Positions 1 through 14,129 of a stretch of 64,000 nt of DNA are shown here, piece after piece. A program made the position numbers and the translations under genes. The stretch is from Octopus vulgaris (Eukaryota): NCBI GenBank assembly GCA_951406725.2, contig OX597842.1, positions 5,208,001 to 5,272,000 of the forward strand, in the 5' to 3' direction. Each line of letters starts with the position of its first letter. Within the stretch, counting starts at the first letter, position 1. The notes under the pieces were generated by a model, which was not told where the DNA came from, did no database searches, and saw nothing but the letters and a program-made list of their open reading frames with translations.

Positions 1-208
1 TAGCTTACACTGGGTACATCTTACAGAGTTTCTACCTACACCTTTTCTACAGATCGAGCAGGGCCATCTTCCTGAAGACATTTGTGGATTGTCTACCTTC
101 CTACTTATTAGTACTTTGGTTTTAGCTAGGTTGACTCTAAGGCCCCTCGATTCTAAACCCTCCTTCCACACCTGGAACTTCTCCTCCAGTTCTGATAGTG
201 ACTCAGCG
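1..208 (-). mobile_element. RTE-clade LINE reverse transcriptase fragment
   Basis: Minus-strand translation [33 protein letters not shown]...[22 protein letters not shown] gives the post-YADD GLxVNxxKTK motif plus a Cys-rich insert. Confidence 0.8.
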
Positions 209-418
209 TGTATATGTATGTATATATGTATATAATATATATATATATATGTATGTATGTGTATATGTATATATATATATATATATGTATGTATGTGTAT
301 ATGTATATATATATATGTATGTATGTGTATATGTATATATATATATATGTATGTATGTGCATATGTGTATATATACATACATATATATATATGTATGTAT
401 ATATATATATATGTATGT

Positions 419-455
<37 letters not shown>

Positions 456-605
456 TGTATGTATATATGTATATATATATATGGGCCTGGTGCAGCCTTC
501 TGGCTTCCCAGACCCCAGTTGAACCGTCCAACCCATGCTAGCATGGAAAGCTAAACAATGGTGATGATGATGATGTTTGTATGTGTGTATACATATATGT
601 ATGTA

Positions 606-648
<43 letters not shown>

Positions 649-674
649 TGTATATATATATATATATATATATG

Positions 675-706
<32 letters not shown>

Positions 707-985
707 ATGAGTGAGGATAGCCATTTAAGAAACACAAAGCGATCACCCAACATTTGATTCCGATTCGGACCTGTTCACTGACAAAGTCCGTGTGCAGCAC
801 GGACTTTGTCAGTGAACAGATCGCGGATTTTAGACGAAATATTTTGACAAATAAACTAAATGTTGGAGTGAATCGATATATTACTTGCTATGCGAGTATA
901 TGTATATATATATATATATATATATTTATATACTGTATATGTATGTGTATATGTATATACATATATATATATATATATATATCAT
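209..985. repeat. (TA)n/(TATG)n microsatellites with an embedded RTE-tail SINE end (483-574) and a fold-back element
   Basis: Direct repeats are visible. The tail gtccaacccatgctagcatggaaa-(GAT)n recurs many times in the window. Confidence 0.85.
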
Positions 986-1439
986 TAGGGTGGACAGATA
1001 TACCTGGTATGGTGCTGTAAAATGCATCTCCTTTGTGACCCTTTGAAGAACAATTTGCAGGACAAGAAGACAAATTATTTTAAAGGTTTTATTTAATTAA
1101 CGGACATAATTAGCACATTCTCGCAAAACTTTTGTGGCATCTTAATTCATGAAAGAGATTTTAAAAAAGAAACATACACAAACAAACATACATGAATAAA
1201 AAAAAAATGAAATACACAAAAAAAAAAAAAAATTGAAGAAATATGCATAGAATTATGTAGATATGAATTAAATTGTAATTAGTAGTTTTAATTAAGGAAT
1301 GATTAAAAGTTTATTTTTCCATGTTGCTGCTGTTGTTGTTGTTGTTGTTGCTGTCATGCTGTTGTTACTCCTGCTGCTGTTTGCGTTGTTGCTGTTGTTG
1401 TTAGTGTTGTTGTTGCTGCTGTTGTAGTTGCTGTTGTTG

Positions 1440-1985
1440 TTTAACCCCAGGACAATCCTGATCCAACCGATCTACGACAGGATGGTTGTGACCATCTTAT
1501 ATTTCAGACATGGTGTATCTAGGACTACGTTATCTAATGTATAGTATTGTAGTTAGAAATGATGACCATAGCTGCTGTTTAGCCCCAGGATAACCCTGAT
1601 CCAGTAGACCTATGATGAAAGATGTTCCAGCTGTGACCATCCCATCTATTATTCAGACATGGTGTATCTAGGACTACATTATCTAATGTATAGTATTGTA
1701 GTTAGTATTAATGGCTGTAGTTGTTGTTTAGCCCCAGGACAACCCTCCAGTAGACCTATGATCAAAGATGTTCCAGCTGTGACCATCCCACCTTTTATTC
1801 AGGCATAGTGTATCTAGGACTACATTATTTAATAGTAGTTAGTGTAAGTGGCTATAGTTGTTGTTTAACCCCTGATGGGTCCTGATGCAGAGAGACATAT
1901 GATCAAAGATGTTCCAGCTGTGACCATCCCATCTTATATTCAGACATTGTGTATGCATGACTAAATGACCTGATGTAGCACACTA
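1440..1985 (+). repeat. Tandem repeat, about 140-bp unit x4
   Basis: The unit tttagccccaggacaaccctgatcc...gttccagctgtgaccatccc...ggtgtatctaggactacattat starts near 1440, 1577, 1726 and 1864. It is preceded by (GTT/GCT)n at 1322-1440. Confidence 0.85.
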
Positions 1986-2747
1986 GTTAGTAACAGTCCA
2001 TTGTGAGGTAAATGAGTTCAGAGTTCAAATCCAAGGTCTATTGTTTAGACAAGAGGTGGAGGAGATTGGTATTACAAATTCAGAATAGCTTCCACATGAC
2101 ACCACAGCTGAGAAGAACCGTTAAATTAAAGAAATAGTTGCTGTTACAAGCTGGAGCAATCCTGCTACGAAGATGAGTCTAGATTCCTCTGTTTATCTTT
2201 TTCCAGAAAGTTTGGCAGTTTTTTGGCAATTTTCACTTTTGTCTTGTATCTGTGATGAAAAGTGTTAGTTTTGAGCGATCGATGTGGACAGAATTGTAAG
2301 GACTTGAAGGAAAAATAAACAAACTTTGCCTTTCAACCAAACCCTCAACCTTTTCCCAACAATGGCAAGAAAAGTGAGGGAGAGTGTAGCTTCTTTCAGT
2401 ATACAAACTAACAGATGAGTGCAAAGTGGTGTATACAGCAGGGCAAGAAGGTTACAGAATCACAATTTCTTTTTGGAAAGTTGTAAAGTAGTAAAGATAG
2501 AAGTTACTTGCTTCAGAGTGAAAAGATATTTAAGAATCTGTAGTAGTAATCTCTCTGTTGCCTTATGTGATTGTCTCCTCTTCTTGAAGTATATCTCACA
2601 GCCACGCACCTGATGACGTGCATGTACACACTAAATGCTGGATCATATATATATTATATGAAAAACTCAACAACAAACATCTGCTCAGAAACAATTGTTA
2701 TGATTCTGCTTGAAGCCTGTTCATTCCATCTTGTATTATATACATAC

Positions 2748-2817
<70 letters not shown>

Positions 2818-3256
2818 AAATTTTTGTATCTCTGCTGTAAGGCTTCATTTCCACATCCGCCAGCTTAATTCAATTCGTCCTTAGTCGAAAGACACCTGTT
2901 GTTATGTCCTGTTATTATTTTTATTGTATTTGTGTAACTTTGTCCGTTTTTTCCGTCTTTGTTTTTGTTTACATTCGCTGCTTTCTTCCAAGGAATCTAA
3001 TGCATCACCTAGTAGTCTGGATGTTTTGCACTCTTGTCCCATTTTGTATATATATATATATCTTCATCATCATCGTTTAACATCCACTTTCAATGGGTTG
3101 GACGATTTGACTGAGGACTGGCGAGCCAGATGGCTCACCCAGGCTCCAATCTTGATCTGGCAGAGTTTCTACAGCTGGATGCCCTTCCTAACGCCAACCA
3201 CTCCGAGAGTGTAGTTGGTGCTTTTACGTGCCACAGGCACAAGGGCCAGTCCAGCA

Positions 3257-3303
<47 letters not shown>

Positions 3304-4456
3304 TGTATGTATGTATTGAATGATACACAGTTAGGGAGACTCTCAGGATTTCAAGTTTCTAAGTTTCTGTGTCAACGATACAATGGTTGCCGCACTTCTT
3401 CAGGTGTTGTCTTTGTATCTTTCAATAAATATAATCCTCGATTCACAACAATATTGAGGCCTTACTCTTTCCTCATCAACTGTAGTTTTTCAATATATTC
3501 TTGACGAGTGTATCTTTACCTATTTCATTTTTTTTTTTCTTACAACAATGATGTAAAACCCAGCAAGGTTTCACAAATTTTCTTTGTAATGTCCTAGATT
3601 TGTTGTCCTTTTGTTTTACATTTGGTCAAGCTGGCCCCAAGTTTCACCCAGAGACCTCAAGAGACAACAAGTTGGAAGTTCATGTTGGTGTTATGCCTAG
3701 GGTGCCATATATTTGGTTTTGTACATAATGTTGTACTAGTGAATGTTTAAAAAAAACCATACGAAAATTATGTTTGTTTTAAAACTTGAGATTACATAGA
3801 AAGTATTTTGCGTAGGATGTAAATTGGAAAGCAACAGAGCTCATGCTTTTAATGGTCAGGGTGATCCTGGATCTGTGGGGTTCCTTGATTGAATCTAATT
3901 GAGGGTTCTTCTGTATCAGGACGACCACATCATTCATGTGTTGACACACTTTGCATAATATTGTATACTTTCATCTCATTTCACTGCCTTACTCCCTTTC
4001 TTTTCCTTCATCTTTTATATAAACCCTTTACACAAATTGCAAACTGTCCAAATGATGTCCTCCTCATCCACGCCACCATAACAAATAAAAGAGATCATTA
4101 TTATTTGACATTTAATGGTTTCAGGCAAATTTCTACTCCATCATTTGCTACGCCACTATGTTGCTGGTGTGCGTACAGCATTGCTTTTTTCTCCTTTCAT
4201 TCTTTATATGGTGAGAGTACAAACCTTTTCCGGTACTGTATTGCATCACTTTATTCTGTTATGGAGTTTGCTTGAAGCCTTTTGTTGCATTAGTGTTCGT
4301 AGTGTGTTGTGTGTGTAATGCGATTTGTGTTGTGTTGGGTATCTGCCCCGTAGAGTACATGTGGTGGTGGTTGTTTATTTTATTGGATATTTACTGTATA
4401 GCTTGTCTTACATTTGTGGATTGTGTAATTTGGGTTCTACTATTGGACCGATAGTA

Positions 4457-4487
<31 letters not shown>

Positions 4488-5049
4488 AGACGTTGTACAG
4501 TATCCAGTGTTCTCTTTTACTTTTTTGTCATTTGACTGTAGCCATGCTGGAGCACCGCCTTCAGTCGAGCAAATCGACCTCAGGACTTAGTCTTTGTAAG
4601 CCTAGTACTTATTCTATCGGTTTCTTTTTGCTGAACCGCTAAGTTACAGGGACGTAAACACACCTGCATCAGTTGTCAAGTGATGTTGGTGGGACAAACA
4701 CAGACACAAACATATACACACACATACATACATATTTATATATATATATATATATATATGTAGAGGCGCAATGGCCCAGTGTTTAGGTTTCCATATTTGT
4801 CAACTATTACCATTATCATTATTATTTTGTTGTCTTATGCTATTAAAGTTCTGTCCAATTATATTATGCTTCTTATGGAACCATACTTCATGGCCCAGGA
4901 TAAGAAAATTCTTCTATTTGAGCCATTCTCTCGACTCATGAATTAATCCAGTGAATTGAAGGTGTCCGGCGCAAGATGTAGTCTCTTCCTAGCAAAGCTA
5001 TTTCGGAAGGCAGTGCGTAGTTTTGTAAACCTTACATTATTATTATTAC

Positions 5050-5322
5050 ACTTATAATTATTCAGTAATCTTATTTTCATCACATGCTTTCACTACAGTA
5101 CCCTGTACAGCTCTGAGTACCCTGGGTATGTGATGTGGTTTTGTTGTGGTGCCTAGTAGTACTTTTTTTGTATGTTGTATCCATTCATAAGTCCTGGTAT
5201 CTTGATTCTGTATTTGTCTGAATATTTTTCCATCATACCTGATACACCTATAATTATAGGAATCATTGCTGTTTTTAGGCACCACATTCAGGTGACCCCT
5301 ATTTCCAGATCTTGGTATTTTT
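5050..5322 (-). mobile_element. R4/Dong/NeSL-like (RLE) LINE 3' remnant
   Basis: Minus-strand translation KYQDLEIGVT*MWCLKTAMIPIIIGVSG...IQK..LLGT resembles the C-terminus of restriction-like endonuclease LINEs. Confidence 0.6.
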
Positions 5323-5342
5323 ATTATCATTATTATTGTAGT

Positions 5343-5726
5343 GGTACAATGGCCCAGTGGTTAGGGCAGCGGACTCACGGTTGTAGGATTGCGGTTTTGA
5401 TTCCCAGACTAGGCGTTGTGTGTGTTTAATTTTTTTTTTTGAGCGAAAACACCTAAAGCTCCACAAGGCACCAGCAGGGGATGGTGGTGATCCCTGCTGT
5501 ACTCTTTCACCACAACTTTCTCTCACTCTTTCTTCCTGTTTCTGTTATACCTGTACTTCAAAGGGCCGGCCTTGTCACGCTCTGTGTCACGCTGAATCTT
5601 CCCGAGAACTACTTTAAGGGTACACGTGTCTGTGGAATGCTCAGCCAGTTGCATGTTAATTTCACGAGCAGGCTGTTCCGTTGATCGGATCAGCTTGAAC
5701 CCTCGCCGTTGTAACCGACAGAGTGC
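5343..5726 (+). mobile_element. tRNA-derived SINE (related copies at 10351, 29341 and minus-strand 24421-24526, 33720-33825)
   Basis: Contains an A box (tggcccagtgg), a B-box-like gttttgattcc and a shared body. Confidence 0.8.
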
Positions 5727-7619
5727 CAAGAATTATTTTAGCTGTTGTTGTTGTTGTTGCAGTTGATCTTGTCCTTGACATTTCTCTGTCGTTTTCTTGG
5801 ACACAATTTCAAAAATATATTCCATTTTTGGCTGCAATATTTTTTTGGTTTTTACATCAGTTTAACGCCCTCTTGTGGCAAACAAAAGGACTACATCATT
5901 ATTGTTGCTACTGCTGTTGTTGTTGTTGCTATTGTTTTTGTAGTTCTTGTTGTTGCTGTTGCTGCTGTAGTTGTTCTGATGTTGCTGTTGTTGTTGTTCT
6001 CCTTGGAATTGTTGTTGTAGACAGTTGTTGTTAATGATGTAAAGGAAAGATAACTCCGTCTGAAAACAAAACAGAAACCACCAGGTGGCAGCAGCTGTAG
6101 CAAGCGGCACAGTATGGAGAGCTCCCCCCACCCACACTCCACAGAGACTAGGGAAGAGGAGGCAAGTCAGTAGTAGTAGTAGTAGTATTAGTAGTAGTAG
6201 TAGATGAGGAGAGTAGCGGTGGGAGTCTGTTTCGGTTATTTTGTAGTTGTAATTCCTCGGAAATGATTCGAGGGGAGGGGCTGGCAGGTGGAGGGAAGAC
6301 GTGGAGGGAGAAAGTCCTCCCCACTTAAAAAAAATCCTTGTTCCCTAACTGCCACCCCGCCTCCTCGGCCCCATTTCCAACCCATCCACCCACAAGGTAT
6401 GCACTTGAGTCAGTATGGTAATAAAGGTTGCCAGGACACTTTGAGTGAGCAGGACAGGTGTGAGGATGAGGACAGAATAAGGAAGGAACAGGATTAGGGG
6501 AGGAAAGAGAGAGAGGAGAGAGGAAAAGGGAGAGGAGATGTGATAGACATAAGAAGGGAGGGAGAAATGGACAGAGAGAGGGAGAGAGAAATGGGGAGTA
6601 AGTTAGAGATTGAGAGGAGGAGAGAAGATATGAGAGACAGAAGGAGGCAGAGAGAATATATTAAAGGGAGGGGGAGGGAGAGATAAGAGATGAGAGCGAG
6701 GAGAAGGTGATGTGAGATATCAGAGGAAGGCAGATATGAAAGAGAAAGGGAAGGATGGAGATATGAGAGGGACGGGGGTAATATGACAGTTTGAGAGAGG
6801 GGTGATGTGAGAGAGAAAGAGGACAGGAATACAAGAGAATGAAGAAGTAGGAGTGAGAGAGAGGGGGAGAGAGAGAGAGAGACCAAGAAAGAGGATAGTA
6901 AGAGGCAGGCGAGAAAGAGATATTGTAACAAAGGATAGAAAGGGTGGGAGGCAGATGGAAGATTTGATCAAGGGAGGAGCAGAAAATATGAAAAAGGGAA
7001 GATGCTAGAGAAGAGGTAAAAATGATTGAGAGGAAGAGGAGAAACAATAGATGCATTTAATGGCAAAAAGAAAAATATATTCATAATGACAAATAAAGAG
7101 TGGCATCAAGTAATCATTTTACTATTTCGATTTACAATTGTTTCATCTTATTTCACTGCAATCAATCTTGCCATATTATGTATTAATTTATGCAACTATT
7201 GATTGCTTCCCATGTGCGTAATTCTGAAAAATCTTATTCAGCATGTGCTATAATGGTCATCCTGAATAGCACCTGGAAAGTAATCAATACTTGCATAAGT
7301 TATTACAATGCTGCAAGATTGTTTGTCTAGAACTACGATGAAACAATTGTAAACCAAAGTAGTAAAATGACTTGTTCGCCCATTCTGTCATCATAAAAAC
7401 TCTATGGATATTTGTAGATAGCCAATATCTACTGATGAGCTTAATATGATAAATACTACTGTTATATACCTCAATGAAATTATCATTTTATATATCTGTC
7501 TTTCTACCACTCTCTCTCTCTCTCTCCATATATATATATATATATATATATATATTTCTAATACTCTTTTCTCCCTCTCTCTCAAGCACACTCTCCCAAT
7601 TTCCTCCCTAATTCTCTTC

Positions 7620-9180
7620 AAACACAGCAATTTTTTTTCTAGTTTTAGGATTTCCAACACAGCCATGCAGGATCAGGAATATGTTATATTTCACTATTTC
7701 AAACACAGCCACTCAGGACCAGGAACATGTATATTTTACTATTTCACAGCTTCCAGGAATGTGTATACTTCAATATTCAAACATAGCCCCACCCCAGGAC
7801 CAGGAATGCAAATATATCAATATTTCACAGTCACGAACATGTATATTTTAGTATTTCAACAACAGCCACCCAAGAACAGGAACATGTATATTTTACTATT
7901 TCATAGCTTCTCATGCCCAGGAACATGTATACTTCAATATTTCAAACATAGCCACCAAGGACCAGTAATGTATATATATTAATACCTCACAGTCACTCAT
8001 ACCCACGAACATGTATATTTTAATATTTTGAAAACAGCCATGCAAGACCAGAAGTATGTATATTTTACTTATTCATCAAAGATCTAAGCCCCAGAATCTG
8101 CATATTTCACTTATTTCTAGAAGAATAATTCCTCTGATGAACAATAAGATCTAGGCCCAGGAATATGGATATTTCACTAACTTCTATTGATCTAATGTTT
8201 CTAAGGGACAATGAGATCCTTTCAGATTTCAAGCAGTCATTCTGGACCTGCAGGAACATGCATAGTTCATCATTTCAAACAGCAAACCAGGACCAGGAAT
8301 GTGTATATTTTACCAAGTTTTATTGGAATGATTATTGAGAAACATGACCTAGGCCAAGGAATCTGTATATTTCATTTATTCTAATAGGAATAATTCATCT
8401 GGCTAACAATAAAATCCAGGCCCAAGAACGTGGATATTCTACTATTTTAGCTTATTTCTATAGGAATAATTTACATGAGTAATAAGATCTAGGCCCAGGA
8501 ATGTGGACGTTTTATCATTTATTGGAATAATCCACCTGGATATCAATAAAATGTAAGCCCCAGAATATGTATATTTTACTAGACTTATTTTTATTGAAAT
8601 AATTCATCTGAAATAATTCATCTAGGCCCCAGAAGGTGGATATTTTACTAGTTTATTTTTCTAAGAATTCAGTCTGATAACAAGATCTAGGCCCTGGAAC
8701 ATGGATATTTTACAACTACTTTATTTTTATAAGAATTCATCCAGGTAACAAGATCTGGGCCCCAGAATGTGGATATTTTGTTATTTTACTTATTTTTAGT
8801 GGAATCAAAGACCCCTAAATCTGGATATTCATTTTTATACAAATAATTAATCTGGGTAAGAATAAGATTTAGGCCCAGGAATATGGATAACTTACTTCTA
8901 TAGGAATAAGCTATTTCTTAACAGATGTAGGCCCAGAATGTGGATAGTTTACTATTTCGCTTATTTTCACTGGAAAAATTTAATTGAGTAACAATAAGAT
9001 CTAGGCCCAGGAATGTGGATATTTTACTGTCTTACTCATATTAATATGGCTGCTTCACGAGAGGAACACCAAGATTGTTCAAATTTTAAAGAAAGCTGTC
9101 ACTCAGGGCCAGGGACATGCATACGTTAACGTTTTTAAAATCAGTGATGGAGGACCAGGAATATGTATATTTTAAATGCT
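7620..9180 (+). repeat. Degenerate minisatellite with about 40-bp then about 60-bp units
   Basis: The core ccaggaa(c/t)(a/g)tg(t/g)atattttact recurs about 30 times. Later units add an aagatctaggc prefix. Confidence 0.8.
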
Positions 9181-9444
9181 TTGTTTAAGTTGTTCAGAAA
9201 TATAATTTCATTGGAAGATACTCGAGAAATAATTGTTGGAATTTTGACTTGAAACTGGGAAGAATGGTGTCTTTAGGAGAAAATGTCAGCATATTACATA
9301 TATATATATATATATATATATTTCAGCATGGGGGTATCTCTCAGATACCCTAATTTATAGTTTCAAATAATTATTACCTTTGTATGGTATTTATTCCCAT
9401 GCTGGCCACTTGATAAGATCGATATTTGAATATCGATCTTATCC

Positions 9445-9486
<42 letters not shown>

Positions 9487-9593
9487 ATACATATTTCGAA
9501 ATTATCCCAAATTGTGGTTTGGATTTTAACTACTCCTTCTAGTGGGTTAGATGTCCTATTATGGCCATCACTTATGTATTTAAATGTACACTG

Positions 9594-9625
<32 letters not shown>

Positions 9626-9627
9626 TG

Positions 9628-9950
9628 AAGGCGCATAACTTAGTGGTTAGGGTAGTTGGCTCATGGTCGTAAGGTTGTGAGTTCAGTTCCTGGTGGCGTG
9701 TTGTGTCCTTGAGCAAGACACTTTACTTTTCACGTTGCTCCAGTCCACTCTACTGGCAAAAATACGTTGTACCTGCATTTCAAAGGGCCAGCCTTGCTAC
9801 GTTCTGTCTCACGCTGAATCTCCCAGAGAACTGCTTTAAGGGTACACACGTCTGAGGAGCACTCAGCCACTTGCATGTTAATTTCACATGCAGGCTGTTC
9901 CATTGATTCAATCAGCTGGAACACTCATCATTGAAGCCGACAGAATCCCA
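9628..9950 (+). mobile_element. tRNA-derived SINE with V-domain-like tgtgtccttgagcaagacactt
   Basis: A and B boxes are present. Related copies lie at 11030-11170 (-), 34500, 48120-48560 and 57100-58410. Confidence 0.75.
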
Positions 9951-9989
<39 letters not shown>

Positions 9990-10060
9990 TTGAAGGATAT
10001 TCCAATACCCTCTAGAAAAGAATATATTTTGAAACTTATATTATTAATAATAATAATAAT

Positions 10061-10099
<39 letters not shown>

Positions 10100-10143
10100 A
10101 ATTTATAAGTATAAATTATTAATTTAAATAATTTTTTAAAATT

Positions 10144-10179
<36 letters not shown>

Positions 10180-11205
10180 AATTTATAAATATAAATTATT
10201 AATTTAAACAATTTTTGAAATTTTAACTTTAAATTTTGAATTTTATTAATTAATTTTATTTCTATGTATTGGTTAATGATTTTCACTGTTTGATTTGCCT
10301 AATAGTGGTTTTATCTCTAATTTGATATATATATATTTATATATATATATAGGCACAATGGCCCCCAGTGGTCAGGGCAGCAGACTTACAGTCGTACGAT
10401 TGCAGCTTCAATTCCTAGACCAGGCGTAATGAGTGTTTACTGAGCACAAAAACCTAAAGCTCCATGAGGCTCCGGTAAATGGCGGTGGTGAACCCTATTG
10501 TACTCTTTCACCACAACTTTCTCTCTCTTTCTTCTTGTTTCTGTTGTACCTCTATTTCCCTGACATGTCTCTGGATCAGGTTAGTAGAGTGGAAAGGGTC
10601 TGCAAGGTTCTGTGTGACCCTCATTGGACTGAAAACTTATGGATGCGCAATCACCAACAAGGCAACTATCTGATGCCCTGTCAAAGTGCTGTGGTTAGCA
10701 TGGAAGGCCACAAACACAAGACTGGGTGAAGCAACTGCTGGTGCAATAACCTCATGATGGGCATTGCTGGTATTTTGCATGGCCAATGGTCAGTGATGGT
10801 CTTTCTCAGTCACAAGTGGACAGCCATCATATACCAGAGTGTATATACATGAGGAAACCCCTTTCGGTCATGAATGACCATGGGATTGCACCTAAAAAGT
10901 TACCCTCCCAGGCAAAGTCCAGGAAAGGTTGTTTATTGAAGGCTAGCAGTCGCCCATGGATACCAGCCTCCCCTCTCCAAAGGAAAGGCAAAGGGGCCGA
11001 TACAGCTTGGCACCAGTGATGTCGCAACTCTTTTCTACAGCTGAGTTAACTGAAACAACGTGAAATAAAGTGTCTTGCTCAAGAACACAACACACAGCCT
11101 GGTCTGGGAATCGAACTCACAACTTCACGATCGTAAGCTCAACGTTCTAACTACTGAGCCATGCGCCTTCACATGTATATATATACATATATAAATATAT
11201 AGAGA

Positions 11206-11568
11206 TATTTAATAAACACAGTATATATATATTTTTTTTTTAATGAGCTTTTAATAGTTTCTTGCAGTAAAAATGACTCAGACAACAGCATTTTATAACA
11301 TGTTTGGTGTCGGTGCCTTCATGCAATCCCCAGGCTCTTGTATCCCATGGCATAATAAGCTAAAACAGGACAATGAGAGAACATTGACTTCCTTCTCACC
11401 CTTGTTTGTAACTTCTCTTATTCTATCGTCCTGTTTTAGCTTGTTACGCCACATGGGTAGAGCCCGAAGATTGCATGAAGGCACCAAACATGTTATAAAA
11501 TGATGCCTGAGTTGTTTTTCATAGTATGAAACTATTAGCAGCTCATAAAACTATGTGTTTATTAAATA
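11206..11568. repeat. Fold-back palindromic element with about 170-bp arms
   Basis: cattttataacatgtttggtg...ccttcatgcaatc...aagctaaaacaggac is mirrored by gtcctgttttagctt...gattgcatgaagg...caccaaacatgttataaaatg. Confidence 0.85.
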
Positions 11569-11721
11569 AGGTTTATCTCTCTCACCAGATGGAGTACTTG
11601 TTTTGCTGATCTTACTATCACGGAACAGTACACTCTACACACATATATATATATGTATATATATGTATTTGTATATAAATATACATACATATATATATGT
11701 GTGTATATATATATATACACG

Positions 11722-11763
<42 letters not shown>

Positions 11764-11948
11764 GCTGCGTGTATAGTAGAAGCCATGTATCATAATCCTG
11801 GATGACATTGAACAGTTATTATTATCAAAAGTAATGTATTCAATATATTCTAAACCCATTTGCTTAATGTTATCAACCACTTATTGTTATCATAAAAATT
11901 ATCCCAAAATGACCATATTAAGCAGCTCTTACTGCACACACACATTAT

Positions 11949-11988
<40 letters not shown>

Positions 11989-14129
11989 TATGTATATATG
12001 TGTGTGTGTGTATATATATATATATACATACATATAGTTTAGAACATGGAAACACTCAAATATTATCTTGGAACACGGCTACATTGCTTCATTTGAATTC
12101 TAACCAATCCTCCTTCCTCTTTTACAATCCCCCTGAAATTTTGATTATCATTTTTTCTCGTTTTACTGGTCTCTACTCCCTCGTTAATCATTTCATTAGA
12201 ATAAGTCATTACAGACAGCTCTTGTACACACGGTCACACATACAGAGAGAGGGTAGACATCGTGCTCTTGTAATACTGGTGGTCGTAGGCAATTAAGTGC
12301 ATGCGTGCGTGCGTGCATACATATATGTGTTTATATATATTTAATCCTTTAGCATTTAATCCGGCCATATCCAGCACAAATTTTCTGCGGTATGTAGCCT
12401 TTTGCACTACCCTATGATATCATTTTAAAAATATACAAATCACTTCATTGAAATCTCAAAGCTATGAGATAATGCAGGATTTATTCAAAACAATGTAGAT
12501 AAATAAGCTTTGCATTTGATAAAATAATTTGAATGCTAAAGGACTTAAATATATATATTTACATACGATACACAGATTGTCAGATAGATAGATATATAGA
12601 TAAATAGATATAGGAAGAAAAAAAACAGAAAGCAACAGATACAAGGAGATTGTCAGACGCTAAATAAAAGAAGAAATAAGCAAACGAAAATCACAGTAAA
12701 CTCACAGCTTTATTCAGTACAACAATATGGCCGACTTCATTATAACACAAAATATCTTTGTGATGTTTGCAATCTTTAAGATATGATGTTTGTGTTTTTG
12801 CTTAAACTTTTTGAAGAAAACTTGTAGAATATAAACTTGACTCTCTACTGGTTAAGTTTTGAGAAATTGGAGTTGATTTATATTGAATTATTTTGGTAAA
12901 TTCTGAAGTCTAACATTTTATCATATCAGTAAATAAAGCTCAAAATCTCAAAACATTTTTGGAGGTTTTGCATATTGTTTTCAAAAACATCATGGTATTT
13001 TTACTAGCTTTGTATTTTTAGACTAATTTATTCAGTAAATATTTCCAATTTTCAAAAATATTTTTTTTTATTCTAGAGGACTTAAATTTCTCAAAACTTT
13101 AACCAGAAGAAAGTCAAGGGTCAAATAAATTTTTGCTTCATTTTGAAGGTAAGTATAAGTATTATTTTAACGTCTAATTAAGTAAATCTTCGTTTAATTT
13201 TAAAATCCCTTTAAGTAAATTATAGCTTACCCCTTGAATTATATTAGTAACTTTTCAAAAACTGACATTACAGCAGTAAAAAATAGCTGATTTTATAAAA
13301 ATCAAACAAATATTTATTTCATTATAAGTAAAAGTAAATATTATTGTAATTTTTGAATAAACCTTTGTTAATTTTTAAATCCTTGAATAATTTATTAATA
13401 AGTCTCTGAATTATTTTAGTAACTTTCAAAAACTGACATGTTAGTACAATTGTAAAATGGCTGACCTCATAAACATCATAAACTAGCTTTAGTGATATTT
13501 CTCCCATTAATATTCAAAACATCCTTGATGTTTGAATTGGATTTTTTTTTTCTCACCATATTCGGAATAAATTACCTAATATTTTGAGGAAATTTCTAGA
13601 ATGCATACTTTCGTTTGCAAAACATAAAAATCTACTTAAATCAGCCCTAAATAAACGTTTTGCAAAAAAAATTTGAAGAAAACGAAATCTTTTCCATAAT
13701 TTCCAAGTTATTTGCATAAATATCATCAATATTTTTATAATTTTCAAGTTATTTACATAAATATTTTTATAATTTTAATTTTTCAACGTATACAGATAAA
13801 TCTTTTGATTAATGCTTACAGTAAGACTATATTTTTTTAAAATTAATTTTGTTGATTATCTATATATGTATACGTATATATATATATGTTTGTGTGTGTA
13901 TATATATATATATATAATATTTCAAAAGTGATTTGGTGTAAATTTGTGAATAATTTTAAATTTTTTCACATATTTATGTTATAGCTTTTTATTTTTTTAA
14001 ATAACATTTCTGCAGTGGTTATTTAGTGCGGGATTGTAAATAAACAGAAAAATCATTGTGTCTGTAACTCTTACAAAGTAATTTGAATAATTTAAATGAA
14101 TGCTTGTTTCGAAGAACTTTCTAGAATAA

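Noticed and set aside
5862-6142. Q/N/T-rich ORFs
   Set aside because: They are trinucleotide low-complexity sequence with no family signal, so they are not called as CDS.
7620-9180. CRISPR-like repeat/spacer appearance
   Set aside because: The repeats are degenerate, the linkers are related to each other, there are no cas genes and the context is eukaryotic.
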